NCBI GenBank assembly: GCA_036172245.1 | Contig: JAYWIR010000014.1 | Span: forward strand, 124,001 to 188,000 | Length of the DNA stretch: 64,000 bases | Source of the DNA: Raillietiella orientalis | Lineage: Eukaryota | Direction of reading: 5' to 3' | Part shown: piece by piece, positions 23,401 through 37,364 of the stretch | How positions within the stretch are numbered: position 1 is the first letter of the stretch | Layout of the letters: every line of letters begins with the position of its first letter | Notes under the pieces: generated by a model | What the model was told of the DNA's origin: nothing | What the model saw: only the letters and a program-made list of their open reading frames with translations | Database searches by the model: none | Position numbers and translations under genes: made by a program

Positions 23401-26400
23401 GAGACTCCAAACCGCAAAATGGACCCGGGGATCGGGCTAGAGACTCTTGACGGGACATCATGTCCCCGTTCGCCCCCGTCCCCCCCATCCGCGAGGGCGC
23501 GTGCACTCCCTGATTGAGACTCGATCAGCCCATTATGGCATCCTCCGAGACGGTCCAATTTCGGGTCTGGAAGGGCAAATCATCCACTTGACAGTTCACG
23601 GATCGATACCTCCACCTTGCGTCAGCTGTTCGAAGATGGAGCTTCAGCTTGTGCTGTCGCCGCTCCCAGAGTCCGCATTTCATCATAGGGTACTGTGTGG
23701 TACGGCCTGCTAATCTCGACAGGTACAGAAGTGCCTACTCCCGGAGGCGGGGGCCGTCCGAGATGAGGAGAGCTGCCTTCTATTGCACTCTGGTCGAACC
23801 TGCGCCATCTTCTGGGCCACGGCAAACGATGAGTACCGCTCCGGAGCGAACATCACCTGCGCTCGATCGAACCTGGACCTGTCCCCCTCACTGGAGGTCA
23901 GAGATTTCTTCCTTGATGCTCTTGTATTCGTCACTTCCCGTCCACCGTCTAAGATATCATTTATTTAAGGAGGTATTCAAGGAAACGAGAGAGAAAGGAG
24001 TGTGTGAGAGGCCATGCATCCTCTCACTGTCATGAAGAAACGTCCCGCTTGTGTTTACCGCCCCTTTCGTTGTTTAGGAAGGAAGAGACAGCCTCTCAGA
24101 TCCCGGGCTAGAAGAGAAGGACTTTTTAGGAGAACAATTTAAGACTTTGAAGCCTCTGTCCTTCCTTCTGCTGATCCTCGAGATTCCTGGACGAAAGGGA
24201 CGGATCTCCGCCAGAGGGAACGTCCAATAGTTCCCCATTTCCCACTCACGCGCCTTCTCCACGCAAAAGGCGACTTCTGAGGTTCCTACGCCTTAGGACA
24301 TGGATTCCTGACCACCGCAGGACTCATCCTCTACGTCTTGATGGCATCCTTGTAGGTCCTCCAAGTCTTTGTGCTCGAATCACATGGTCTTGAAGGAATG
24401 CCACGATCCCCACTAGGAGATGCAGCATCTTCCTGCCCATCTTCACTCTGGTCCTTCGCACAATGAGACTCTCCAGGAGCTCTCCTCTCTTTGGTGCTAC
24501 TTGCTTACGGCGCTTCCCGCTTCTTGGGCAGGGGTGACGTCGACTGTGTCTGGAGCTTCGCTAGGGAAGCCGAGATCTGCTTGTGAGTTCTCATTCCTCC
24601 CTCCCATCCCCCTTTGCTCTCCTCTTCACTCGGCCTCGGAGGTCTCCGAAAGGCTCAGAGGTCATCTTGGGGTCCTCCGCTGCGGTCGTCCCGGGACTCT
24701 GTTGCCTCTCCCGCCTCTACTCCGCACCTAAACAAAGAGGGAACGCTGGTGGAAACCCAGAAGGTCCTACTCTCCGGCTCAACTAGCAGCTTGAGGAGAG
24801 GAGAGAGAGAGGAAATGTGGTGGGAAGGAGGAAGATTGAGGAGCTCCTTAGTCATCGCTCCGACGTTCCCTGGCTTCCTTCTCCCGTCTGATGTATCCTA
24901 GGAGATCTTACCACTCTGCAGCCAACAGACGCTGAACGGAAGAAAGCACGCACGCCGAGAGCCGGAGACTAGGAGGAGAAAGGGAGGAGGAGGAGTAGAG
25001 GAGCGAGCAAGGGGGATGCAGGCTAGTATCCCTTTGGGAAAGAGGCGCTTTTGTCCGATCCAGGGGTTCCAGTATCCTTCTGGTGCTCAAGTACCGAAAG
25101 TCCTGCGAAGAGAGGAGGGAACGGGCAAATCCTGGATCGATGAAGGGCAAACCTTCCTCTCCCTCCTTGTTCTCCGCTTTCGGCAACTCGGTCGTTGCCA
25201 TGGGCGACGTGCGGCATAGGAAGGCGAGGTGGTAGCAGGCACAGAAAGGGAAAGAATGATGGAAAAGAGCGGAGACGGGGAAAGCTCACATGAATCCCTT
25301 TCCTCACCCTACAAGGAAAGGAAACTGCAAGAATAGTCTTTGCCACCCCCACAATACGCACACACACCCGTAGTCGACGTGCCTACTAGCCAGGCGCGCC
25401 AAGACCTCGTCCCCAGGAATGACTTCGACTCAAGGAGGGGAAGGAACTAACTCTCACACGGAAAACCCTACTTTCACAGTGCCTCATCCCTAATGCCTCC
25501 ACCCTTAGCCTTTTGTGACGGGGAATTGCAATTATCTTCCTTTCCTTCTTGAAAAGATGAGCACAGAAATGCCTGCGCATGCTCGGGATCACCTTGAGCG
25601 CGGCCTCAGGATACGGGACCCTCCTTCCCGAGAGGAGGACCTTCCAGGACGGGTATTGGGGACGGGAAGAAGGCAGGAAAGGAAGGGATAACCGGAATTC
25701 CCACGGTTCTCCCCTCTTCCCTGACAGCAGGTGCTGCGCTCCCGCAACGGCGGGGGCTGAGTGAGACACTCAGCCCCCGCCGTCCTCTAACTAGCGAGGT
25801 CCTCCTCCTCCCTGGAGAAGCAGTCACTTTCTCTCAGGAAGTCCCCCTGAGAATGAGATCTGGCAGTTACGACCCTCAGATGGTCCCTCTAGGACTCTTC
25901 ACCCCGTACTCTTTGCAATCTCTCCTTGTTGGCGGTGTCAAGCAGACACCTTACCATCAAATCGAGAGATGAGTGGGGATGGGGAGGGAAAGAAGAGCTG
26001 TTGCTGCAGGGGCCACTTGTTCGTCCTCGGAGAACTTTGCCGGCAATCGCTCCCCATCCCCCTACGTTTCCTCTTCCGGATTCCAAGCTCTGAACTGGAC
26101 GACTGCACGCACCCGGGAAAGCAAGTCCGGCTGATGGAGGAGGAGGCCTTTTCCTCCTTCCAAGCCCCTCTTTCTCCCCCCCCTCCCCTCCCGCTTTTCT
26201 TCTCCTGTCGTACAGGAGCTCCTCTATTCCGCCCCTTTCCTCTTCTTCCTCATCTCACGGAAAGGGACGGACCCTCAGGAACCTTCTAGGGGCGTGTGCC
26301 TCTCCCCCTCCGTCGCCCGAGGGAGAGAAGCGACGGCAAGACAGACGGGGCCCTCTTTCTTCCTGGATTCGCCGCCGCTCCCGTATACCTAAGGATCTCG

Positions 26401-26999
26401 CTGGCCTGGAGCAATTGATTTTCCGAATTCCCAGGAAGCCTCGCCCACAGGAGAGAGAGCAGTCGTCCGAGGCGCGTCTCCTCCCATCGATCGCCCTTGC
26501 CTCCCCTGGAAAGGCACTGAGCGCTCCCGTCCGCCTTCCTGTCAGGGTCAGGGGGGAGGAGAGACCACTCCGCCATCCTGTTCTCGTGAAAAAGGGTGGG
26601 GTGGAGTTGGGAATGAGTCGGAAACGCTTCCTCCACCCCGAGGCTCTAAGGCGGCTCTCCGGATCTGGAGGCGAGAGCGGAGGGAGGAAGGACCAAGGAG
26701 AGAGCCAGTCGGCGAGGAATTCCCACCACAGGAGCCCTGGGATCGTGGAAGCATTCTCGACTCAGTGTTTCCGGAGTCTCCGCTCACGTCCGGAGATGGC
26801 GGCACTGTGGAGGAAAGGTCGACTTAGGGAAGGCGGGAGGGGAAGTTTCCCAGAGGCGACAGGAGCATCTGCCCACACGGATAAGGGAATGACGAGGGAG
26901 AGAATCTGGTTGGCCCACGCTTCCGACCTCCCGGAGAGTCAACGGATGCATAGGCAGCCTGGGACCTTCATACTCTGAATAGTCCCTTTCTTGTCACTC

Positions 27000-29450
27000 T
27001 TTTGAGATCCTTCCACGGAGCAGATGATCGACAAAATGCCGTCCTGTGAAGATGAGCATCCCTGGGGCTGACCTCAGGGCAGGAAGAAATCTCGACAGCA
27101 GCCGCAGCGCCGTTGGTGATACAGTGGGAAGCCAAGATCTGGTGAGAGCGTTCGCCAACACAGAGTGATGGTTCATCTCCACCCCAATCCATCCTCCACT
27201 CCATCTCCACTTCTTCCTCCTCCTCCTTCCACCCCCCAGACCGAGGAAAAGAAGAAGAATTCGCGCGATTCAGCCACAAATACCAGCATGACCCCCAGGC
27301 AGCAGCCAGATCGGATGGTGCACGTAGGGGCACCAAGGAGGGACACAGGGGTTCCCCTTCCCCTTTTCTCCGAAGAAGACTCAGTGAGGTGCTCGCGTTG
27401 GGAAGGAAAGCCAGAGGAACCCAGGGAGCTGGTCAGCCAGGCAGAAGGAACCGATAACTCGACGGAGCGCGTCGTTGGCTTGACTCAGCACTCCGGGACA
27501 ACGGGGTTCGCTGCGGACTTCCAAGGAAGCGCTCCGGCTGGCATGGCAGGGTAAGAAGAGGAGCCTTGCGCATGGGCGGACTAAAGACACAAGTGCAGGC
27601 AAGAGGAGTCGTGTCGCCCCTCGATTCTCGAGCTTGTGGAGCAGCTGCATGGAACAGGAAATTCCTGCTCACAAAGATGCTCGCAACCGTGCCAAGAAGG
27701 GTCTCTGGCGTGTGAACTCCAGGAAGTTTTGAGGCAGCCCAACAGCAGACCATCTGCTTAGCCCAGAAATCCCATTCTTGGCGTACTCCACAAGACTGCA
27801 GGAAGTATTGACAGCAGTGCTGGTAAGGGGGAGAGTTGCATTGGAGGAAGCTTTGGCGACACTCATCGGAAACTGCTAACTTTCCAATCTCTGGGATAAC
27901 GAGAGCGCCAGAGAGTTCGCGGAGAAAGCAGCTTGAGCAGAAGAGCCTTTCATCAACATCTTGCTCGATGAGTATTCAGCTCCCAAAACTTTGTGAACTC
28001 CAGGCAAGTCGCCCAAGGGGACAGCTCGCCCCTCTTCAGCATCCATCTGGAGATTTTTCTTATGCAGTTATGGAAAATACCTTCTGCAGGAAGGAAGAAG
28101 AAAGATGGAGGGGTCTATATGAGTGTGGTATACTCTTTTTCTGAGTCTCCAGAGTGCAGCAGCTATCTAGTTTACTTCGAAATCCGGAAAGGAGCAGCCG
28201 GGAATTTCGGAGGTCAGCTTGCAGCGCACTGAAGTGTTTATTGAGAATGCCAAGAGCCCAAAAGGCACTGTCAAAGCAGGAAGTAAGCTGAAGCATGGTG
28301 CATCCGAGGCAGCAGCCTCGGATGCACCATGGGACCTATCCTTGGGACTTATCCAGGGAACCAGATCACCCGATCCTTTACAGATATCATCTTTGAAAAA
28401 ATCAGAAAATCAATATGAAGCCAATACGCAGCTTATTAGCTGGAAAACAAGGTTGCAATATCGAACGTTGAAAACTTCTATTTCTCGAGGCAGCCTTCTC
28501 AGCCCGAGTGACCAAGGAAATGAACCACTCGATAAAGTAACTGAAAAGAAAGATGAAAAGACAAGATATATGCAGAGGAGACCTGGAGGAACTCAGAAAG
28601 GTATTGAGGTGCGTTGAATCTTTCAACCACTCTCTCTATGGAGTCTGTGTTGGAGTGGCATCATTCATCGCTGGGAAAATGTCGCACCTTTTCGAAGCAT
28701 TTGGCTGTCCAGGAGAGTAATGCACTGTGGGTATGGAGATTCGAGCAACCCTAGCAAAGTTCCAGTGGAAGGTAACGCTCCACCGTGAGCTCCCAGTGCT
28801 TCGGAATCTCTCCAGACACCATTAGCACAGTACTCACTGGATCATGGAACTAGGAGATGCTTGAGTTAAGAAGTATCCAGTCTCCAGTGAAAAAAAAAAA
28901 AAAAAAATGCATCATTTCATCTGCATAATTGCTCTCTAAAACTGTTGAAGCTTAAACTTTCAGAACTAGGTTCCAAGGAATTGCCAGACATTGGGAAAAG
29001 TATCTAACTACAAAGTGCTGAAAAGTGCATTCGTAATGGACGAGGGCGCATTTTCACATTAGAATTTAGAAACAAGGCCCATAGGAATTGCATTCCCCCT
29101 GATGTTTCAGTCTGTTACGTACTAAATTCTCACTGTAGTCACGAGCAAACGACCAAATGAGCAGACCTATCGAACGTAGAGTAGGGATATTATACAACGA
29201 AGGAAAGAGGATTCTATATAACCTAAATCATCTTCTCAATTGTTCTCATAATTGTTTAGACGTCTAGTGGTCCTCATCTAGTGGCATCATACCTTTGCCA
29301 TAGTGCCTCATCTAGTGGCATAATATCTTTTCTTGTGTTCGAAAATATATCTTTGCCATGAATCCATCCTCCCTCCTGAGAAAGACAAAAGAGCTTAACC
29401 AACATTTCTTCAGGTAGATGCCAGTCTTTAAATCCATAGCTATTTTGTTG
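27000..29450 (-). pseudogene. Possible decayed F-box/LRR (FBXL6-like) gene
   Basis: F-box-like DWHLPEEMLVKLF near 29400, then weak LRR-like fragments in the expected order (ALGILNKHFSALQADLRN, LHLSSSFLQK, VEISSCPEVSPRDAHLHR). No intact exon structure. Confidence 0.25.
28294..28331. repeat. Perfect 17-bp inverted repeat, 4-nt loop
   Basis: CATGGTGCATCCGAGGC-agca-GCCTCGGATGCACCATG. Confidence 0.95.
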
Positions 29451-31970
29451 CATGTTGGACGAGACCACCAATTTGCGTATCTTGTTCGTATATGGGTGAG
29501 GTTCCCAGCTCTTACAGGATTTTATCCTTCTTAGGGTCACATGCAATAGAAGCAGTGGTAAGATATGTAATGATCATAAACACCTGAGGTGCGGTTTGAA
29601 ATTAAAGATACAAGTGTTGCGAAATGAATCATATCATTGAGACAGACATAGCAGCATACCAAATCTGGATTTCGGCGATTTGAAAATTTTATAAAGAATA
29701 CAAATATGAGTCGTAAAGAGTGTAAAATCAAAAAGTGTTTTCATCTTAGCATTTTTTTTATTCTAAGAAATGGTTAACGACAATGCTTTGAACGGTTTCC
29801 AATACATGATAAAAAATCAAAAATAGATGAATTAAAAAAACTTGAGAACTCGAAATGAAAATTTCATTCAGTAGTATGTCATGCACTGTTCACTTTCCTT
29901 CATCATTGATATGTTTTCAGCATCTCAATATCTGCACCATTCAAATTTCTTGCAATCTTTTGGTTTTAACCAAAAGATTGCAAAAAAATTTTGTTTTCTT
30001 TTAAAAAAAAACCTCAGCTATTTCTCTTAAGAGTAGCTGCAGAGCAAAAACGAGAAAAATGATTTGTGCTTTTGTACGATTACTTTTGACTGGCTGTTTC
30101 TTTAGAAACAACATTTCAAAAATTCTGTGCTTATTCCCATATTAAAAGATTCTAATAGTTTTTGCCCTGAAACAAAACAGAACGGATTTTTTATGCAAAA
30201 CCTGTTTTTCATGAAAGCAGTACTGCTTACAAAGAATTTTTGCTGCATTTTTTCTGTCTAGACTGTATAGGGCAGCGGAAGAGCGATGATGCACAAATTC
30301 AACTTTTCAGAGTTTCAGAGTTCAGAAGTTTCAGAATAATTTCAGAGTTTATTTGAAAAATGTCGTTTTGTTGAATGCTAAGCATTATAAAGGTGAGGTA
30401 CTTCACACATTTTATTAAAACTATATGCATGTACCTTTACATAAGCATACACAGGTGATTTTATCATAAACTCCTAATTATTTGCCGGGCATATATGATA
30501 GTTATAGCCTTTGTGATAATTACAAGAATAATCGTCTATAATTCTCATATTATATATACATTATAAATAATTATATACAGTATCTGTATGCATAGACGGT
30601 TAAAGAAATTTACTCGTAATCAGAAGATATGTATGTGCGAATATATATGCATGAATTCCTATTCATTGTTCTCATGGATGTATTTATGCTACCTACATTT
30701 TTTATATATTTACATATACGTTAAAAACCTTCGAAACCTATACATACATTATAACATATGTAATTATATATTATAATATACTGATATATATTGCATCAGA
30801 TATCTCAGTATGTATATACATACATGTATATATATGCCTGATTAGACATACATAATCAGGCACATATATGTTTCTTAAATCAATTTGCCAATCCCATTGA
30901 AGACTGCCTTATTACCACATCTTATGAGTTCGCCTGTCCTTGAAGTGTTAAGTTACTTCCTGTGGCCTGTGGTTGAGTTGAAAATGCGTATTTGGTTTGG
31001 GAAGGTTCCCATCAAGAAAAGTACTACTGCAAAAGCAGAGTTTTTTTTTCGCGTGTGAACGTCAAAGATGTTTCGTGTTTTTGAATATTAACTAATGTAT
31101 GCTTATTTTGAAACTCTTTGTATCTGAAGTTGTGCCGTGTCGAGTTTCGAGGCGCACCCTACAAAATGTATTCTTAAAGAACTCTTGTTAAAGTAATGTA
31201 TTATGTACTTAAATATGCGTAATTTTACTTTTCGTAATATATTAATTATCTGTTACCAAATTCATCTTCATACCTGATGCAAAGACTTGTTAAATATGTC
31301 TTCATCTGATGGCTTTGCCTGCATTTCATACATGATGAATCTTCACGAATTAATCGTTGTTTTTTTTCCAACAGCGTTCGTTTGTTTGTATGGATGGGTT
31401 CCTTGTGAATTATATATGTTTGGTTAATAACACGAGTGGGCGATGATGTAAATTGTTATTTTAGTTTAGCGGAAGGTTGCTATTTTTTTAAATGTAGTTA
31501 GCCAATTTGTGGTTGAAGTGTTTTTTAAGGATCGATGTGAATTTGCCTCCATCCAAGTAAATATCAATGATTATGATTATTTTTTTAGTATTTGCTTTTG
31601 AGCTAGAGAACAAAAATTACATGAATACCCAAAATCCGATGATGAAGTAGGTTTTAACAAAGATCATATGTGAAGGCATTGAAAAAATATGAACAAAATA
31701 AAATGACTGCTTAATATTGTCATGCTTTAATGTAATGTTTTACAAAAATTTCCAGTCATCTTGAACGAGTAATGAATACTAATCAATGTGGAAAGCAATT
31801 AAAAACAAAACAGTGTTCCTGTTCAAGTACAGATTAGCAAGTAGTCTTCCTCATATATTTGGATGGATATTGCTTCTCTCATTGCAGTCTAATTGGGTTA
31901 GGGTATTATCGCTCTCTTTTAAAATTGTGAATGAACTCGATGCTATACTTTGAGTATTTATCATGAGAAA

Positions 31971-33188
31971 ATGGAGGAGACAAAAGTGAGTAAGTCAAAA
32001 AATGAGAAGTTGTCTCCTGCAGCAGTGTATGCTGAAGATATCAGATTATGGTTAAATGATGCCTACCAGTAAGTTCTTAGATGGTGCTTTACCGTTATTG
32101 ATGCAGAAATTCTATTAAAACATGTAGCATTCATTATACATGTGTTCCAAAAGTCTGTCTAGATTTAGTTTCACTTATTATTTCTGAATAAATGCCTTGC
32201 TTTTATTCTGGTATTTTTTACAGTAATCTATAATAGTTTAAATGCTTTAATCGTAAATAAATAAAAATCCTCAAATACATAAGATCATCTTATATTTAGA
32301 TGGTATCGTATGAGTAGTTTTTTACATCTAGCCATTTGCCAACAAGCTCTGTTGTATCAGCCACAATTAGATGCGACATGTAATCATCTTTCAAGTAGTT
32401 CTGCAGGATCTTTTCCTAATTTTGAGTGGAATATCTTTAATTACTATGCTTCTTCAAATACTAATTCTTCAAACCATAATGTATCCCAGCAAGGTAAGTA
32501 AAATTTTATCATAAATTTAAACAGCATACCATATTTAGTGAGAAGAGAGATCCATATTCCGCCAATTTGGAAAAGATGCCTTGCTGAAATAATAGATTAC
32601 TTTTTGCTTTTTATAGTAAAATTATTCATTATTTCCTTATTTGGAATCAATATCATGAGGTAAATTGGTAATGAGTTTTCATCTAATAACCTTTCATGAA
32701 TTCAAAAAGTGGATTCGAAAAGTATAAAAACATTACAAATCCTATTGACGATGATGATTTACAAACTTTTATGGAACTGACTTATGAAATTTTCATTTTT
32801 GAGATGCTGAGCAATTTCTTTGCATGTGTTGTAGAGGTCAGAGAAATGTGATTTTAGAATATGTTTTAATTAGCCTATTTTGAAGATTTTTCTTACTCAG
32901 AACAACTGCCTTATTGCAAGAGGTGGACCTGGTGGTGCAACATTGGGGAAAGCATTCATGGGGCTTCGTATAATAACATTTTGTAATTTAGCTACAGTGG
33001 ATGATCATGTTATAGTTACACAGGCAAAAAATCTAGGTTGGACAAAAGCAACCATAAGAAGTATTTTAAAACATTTTAATCCAATTTTGTTTTTGCCAAT
33101 GTCAATAACGTTTTTATTTTTTGCTCATAATCGCCCAATTTATGATATTATCTGTGGTACAGTTGTAGTAGAAGATATGCCAGCCTAA
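31971..33188 (+). CDS. FAM8A1: FAM8A1-like RDD-domain membrane protein, 5 exons, about 275 aa
   Basis: Exons 31971-32068, 32300-32493, 32539-32659, 32710-32836 and 32901-33188 join in frame (828 nt including TAA). Motifs YAEDIRLWLNDAYQW, IPPIWKRCLAEIIDY, GGATLGKAFMGLRI, RSILKHF, NRPIYDIICGTVVVE. AATAAA at 33227. Confidence 0.88.
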
Positions 33189-33226
33189 TAATGCCAAGAA
33201 TACAGAAGAGTTTATCTGGTTTGTTT

Positions 33227-33232
33227 AATAAA
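33227..33232 (+). terminator. Candidate polyadenylation signal of the FAM8A1-like gene
   Basis: AATAAA about 40 nt after the stop codon. Confidence 0.5.
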
Positions 33233-36200
33233 TAGGTTTACATCACAGTTGAAAAGTCTTTATGATTACTAGTTAGTGAACTTTTTGTTGCAGAGAATTC
33301 TGGTATAAATGCCTTTCAGCCATGACATTGTCTGAATTATTGCCCAAACTAATGATGGCTGTAATGTAAAGCATGAAATAATATATGAACAGTAAAGCAT
33401 TAATTTCTACAACGAATTTTAGAATTAGTTAGAAGAGTTAGAATATTGAAAACCCATTCTACTGCCAAAGAAGCAGTCAGCATTGTAAAATATAAGGTGG
33501 AGCATTTTTATTTAAAAAAACAAATACCCAATATATAAAATTAAGAATTCGTGATCGTAAAACAATGGTAAAAAGTATTAAATATGAAATTCATCTTGTG
33601 TAGCAAAGTGGAACTGAGGAATTTCAAAAAATAAAGAAAACATGAATTAGTATGGTTTTATATGATGCCTCCCTGAATGATAAGTTGATTGCTTTCAACT
33701 TATTCAGTGTTTGGAAAACAGCCATTGCAGCCCAACTGAAAATTTTTCCGATACTTGAATGAAATAACGTAAAATTTGAATTCGCACAGCTGGGCTCTTC
33801 AAAGCTTTACAGCTATCAAGGGCACTGGCCAATAACTGCAAAAAAGAGTATGAATAATCATTACGAATTGAATAGTTGAATTCTGTTGAATAAGTTGAAT
33901 TTCTTTCCTTTAAAGTAGATGTTTGTGAAAATACAAAATGAAAAATTAGTTTAAAAAATTTAAAAGGGGAGTACGGAATGCAAAATTCGTGTGCGTGAAA
34001 CCATTGTTGATCACAGATGTGGATCTACTTTGTGTAAAGGGAGGGGGGGAACTGGTGTTGGATTTCGAAGGAAGCCGTAAACTGTTTGAGTCCTACAAAA
34101 ACGTTCACCATGCAGCATGAGGATGCCAGTCTTCGAAAACCAATTCTCCTAGCACCGTAACTCTTCAAATTTTAGGAATCATTTCAAATCGTTGAATCAT
34201 GTATGACACAATTATTCGCAGGCAAATCTTTTCTGGAATATTTTTTTCTTTCGTGTAAGTACAAAAGTACACAATAGTTTTTAATATTCCGTGTGCTAAA
34301 GATCACATTGTATAGACAGGTAGGGGAGTGGAACGTAATGGTGTTTAATTGGTGTCAGATCAACTTTTCTGTTAAATTTTAGGAATCGATACTCAAGGAA
34401 GTACAGATTTCGTAATTTTGGGAACAAAATTATAATTGCTTTGTTAATTTTTGTGTGGTTGGATATAAAAACAGAATGCATGATTTTTCCGATATTAATG
34501 CGGCGTTTGTTCATACAAAGGATGTATTTCTATATCAAAGTGAAGTTTGGGTTACTTTTATTGATTTTTATTGAGAAAATAAAGCAGGCACAGGATTTGC
34601 AAAACGTACTTTTTGTGCTATTTAATCCAGAATTATCCCCAAAAGCCAAATCCTAGCAACGTATGCTTCTAAAACAGTTGGACGTTAGCCAGGTTTAAGG
34701 TACAAAATATGCAAGAACGGTCGCATGCTTTGGTATGCGAACCCTATGACGACGGTGCTAGAAAGGAAAAAAAATCAAGTTTTATTGAAAAACCTAGCAT
34801 TCATTTGAACATGAATATTGTATATTATTAGAGTAGATTCATATGTTGAAATAGTTTGCAAACAAACTTGAAAATTAGGTCAACATGAATTCTGAATTTT
34901 GTGGATGGCCAGATCTCTACATCGATGTTTTAATTTCATAATCAAAAGAATTCCATTCTCCAGAGCATCACAAATTTTTATCTCTTTTTTAAAATCCCAA
35001 TGTTTTTCTTAATTTTAATTTTCTCACTGTAGGGACCTGTTCTATTTTCATATGGAAAATATGATTTTTTTGATAAAATCTCTAAAGCTAACACCGAATC
35101 CTGCACCTTTGAAAAGTGTTTCCTTTTAAATTATCAATTGATATTTTTAATATCTTCTGCCTTGAATATCCTCGTGAATGATGTGCTCATTTTATTGCAT
35201 CTCAGCTGAATTGCAGTTCCACTTAACTTTTCTCGACATTCCCACGAGGTGGACTATAAAGAGGAATGCATATCCAGGTTTCTTCAGGAATCAAAGGGCA
35301 AAATGCAATCCTTATATGGAATCCGACTGGATCATGTTATTCACCATTGAAATTCAGGTAACCTAAAACAACTATCGTGATGAAAAGAACCAGGAAAAGA
35401 TTCCCATTTCATTTTTTTGAATATGTACTAACAGAGAATATTAGAATATATAAAAAAACGAGAAAAGCACTAGTCTCTTTAACTATATGTTTAGTATAAC
35501 AATGATTCTCAGTTACTTGAAATCTGAACACATAAAATAAATTTGTTCCATTTTCTAAAGAATAACATTTCTCATAACCAGAGCAACGCTTCATATATAC
35601 TTGCAGAAGGAAACTGAGATACTCTTTCTTTTCGCTTCTCTTTTCGTCTCTTCTCAATTACAAACAGATAACGAACCTTTAGATGTTTTTAATGAAACAG
35701 AACTACCAGTGAAACCAAATTAATCTTAATTAATCTAAATCCTAAATTTGGTCATATAGCTCATCTCTTCTTATTAAAGTTTGCTATTCAGATGTAGATC
35801 ATGATGTAATATATATCCTTAACGATGAGCTACTCTGTTAACTAGGATAAAAATCCACTAAGATAAAAATACGGTTCTTTCTTATTGCTAGTCTAAGAAC
35901 CTTCTTTTGCACCTTTCACTTGTACAATGAAAGTAGAAAGTTTTGACTTGTTACTATACTTACTTTCGTTTTTCTGGATATGTAACTTTTCAAATTCCAT
36001 TTTCACAATATTCTTACAATTATTTGATCCAGTGTAAGAAAAGCTCCTGGCTGCCATCTTCGAAAATGAAATTATATGAAACTGAAATTTGAAAAAGAAT
36101 ATACCATACAGGAAGCAATGGTCTTCTCATTTGCATTGTTACCTCAACATCTTTCAAATTGCTACTGTACATTTAGTGTATGCGTGAAATGAGATGCATC

Positions 36201-37364
36201 ATTTGTCTGCCTAATGATCGAAGTTCGCGGACATCGCAACTCGTAGGTTCCATCATAGTAAATCATCAATCTGTTGACACCTGCATTATTGCTATCACGC
36301 GTGCGTGGAATGATTGAATCTATCATACGTTGAATGAAATGGCATTCTGAGATCAGAGTGATTTAACGAATGCCACTGTGAATTAACGCTTTTAAAGAGA
36401 AGCAGTTTTATTCCTCTACTCAGCCTTTCGCAATTTTGTGAGCGTGCCGCATCTCTTGGCCTGTTCTGCGTGTCATTACTGCGGTTTCAAAAGCCTACCA
36501 GATTTCTGAGCCTACCGCATTCTGAGATCAGTGTGATTCGAGAAGACTGTCGGCGTTCTTACGATGAACACTTATAGCTGGAAAGTTCCTTTGAGTGAAC
36601 CTTGGAATAATAATCTGCTCGCTTCAAACAAAAGCATGGGTGGCGCGCGATGAACAGCCAGAGTATGTGCAGCAGTAGTTTTGCTGGAAAATCTTCCCTT
36701 GGCTCTTTTTCCACGTCTCTTCGATTCATCTTCGAGCATTCCTAAGGAAACGTCGGTGTTGCAAAAGTGTGAAAATCTACCTCTCAACTTCGATCTGTGT
36801 CTCAGTGTTGGCTTTCAGAAAGCGGACCTTTTTGAAAAGCTTTATTCTCTTTCTCTTCGGAGGGAATTGTGCTTGCTTGCTGAGGCTGTACTACATGTGC
36901 AGCGAAAACTTGGTTCCTTTGTCAAGCAAATATTCTCCCATGTATTTCTCACGAGTGGAAAACGCTCGAGACACGGGTTTTAAAGGTATTGCCGAAGGGT
37001 GTGCCTACGCTTGTCTGGGTAGTTGGACCAGGGGAAAAGATTCAGCACACTGATCTGCACACTGTTCCTCTTTACGAATTTGCATTTTTTCATTTGTACA
37101 GTTCTTGATTTGAAAATTGCTGCTAGTGTTTAGCTCTAGGCAAGAGCCAGCTCTTCCTATCTTGAAGTGCGCCAAATTTTCAACATTACTTCCATAGTGT
37201 CCGCAACTTAACGACAACGACTGAGAAGAGTCCCCTGCTTCAACATTCGTAAGGTCATCATGTCTTCTTCCAAAAAGGAATTCAAATAGTACCTTGTCGG
37301 TCAGTCTAACAGACAAGATTCCATTTGGTCCGTCAACTCAGTTTGTCACTCATTTCCCTTCGAT

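Noticed and set aside
18300..27000. Numerous overlapping ORFs in the GC-rich intergenic block
   Set aside because: No domain or consistent exon structure; expected from scarcity of stop codons in GC-rich DNA.
33958..34000. Kolobok-like terminal repeat (TTAAAAGGGG...)
   Set aside because: No matching inverted end found nearby.
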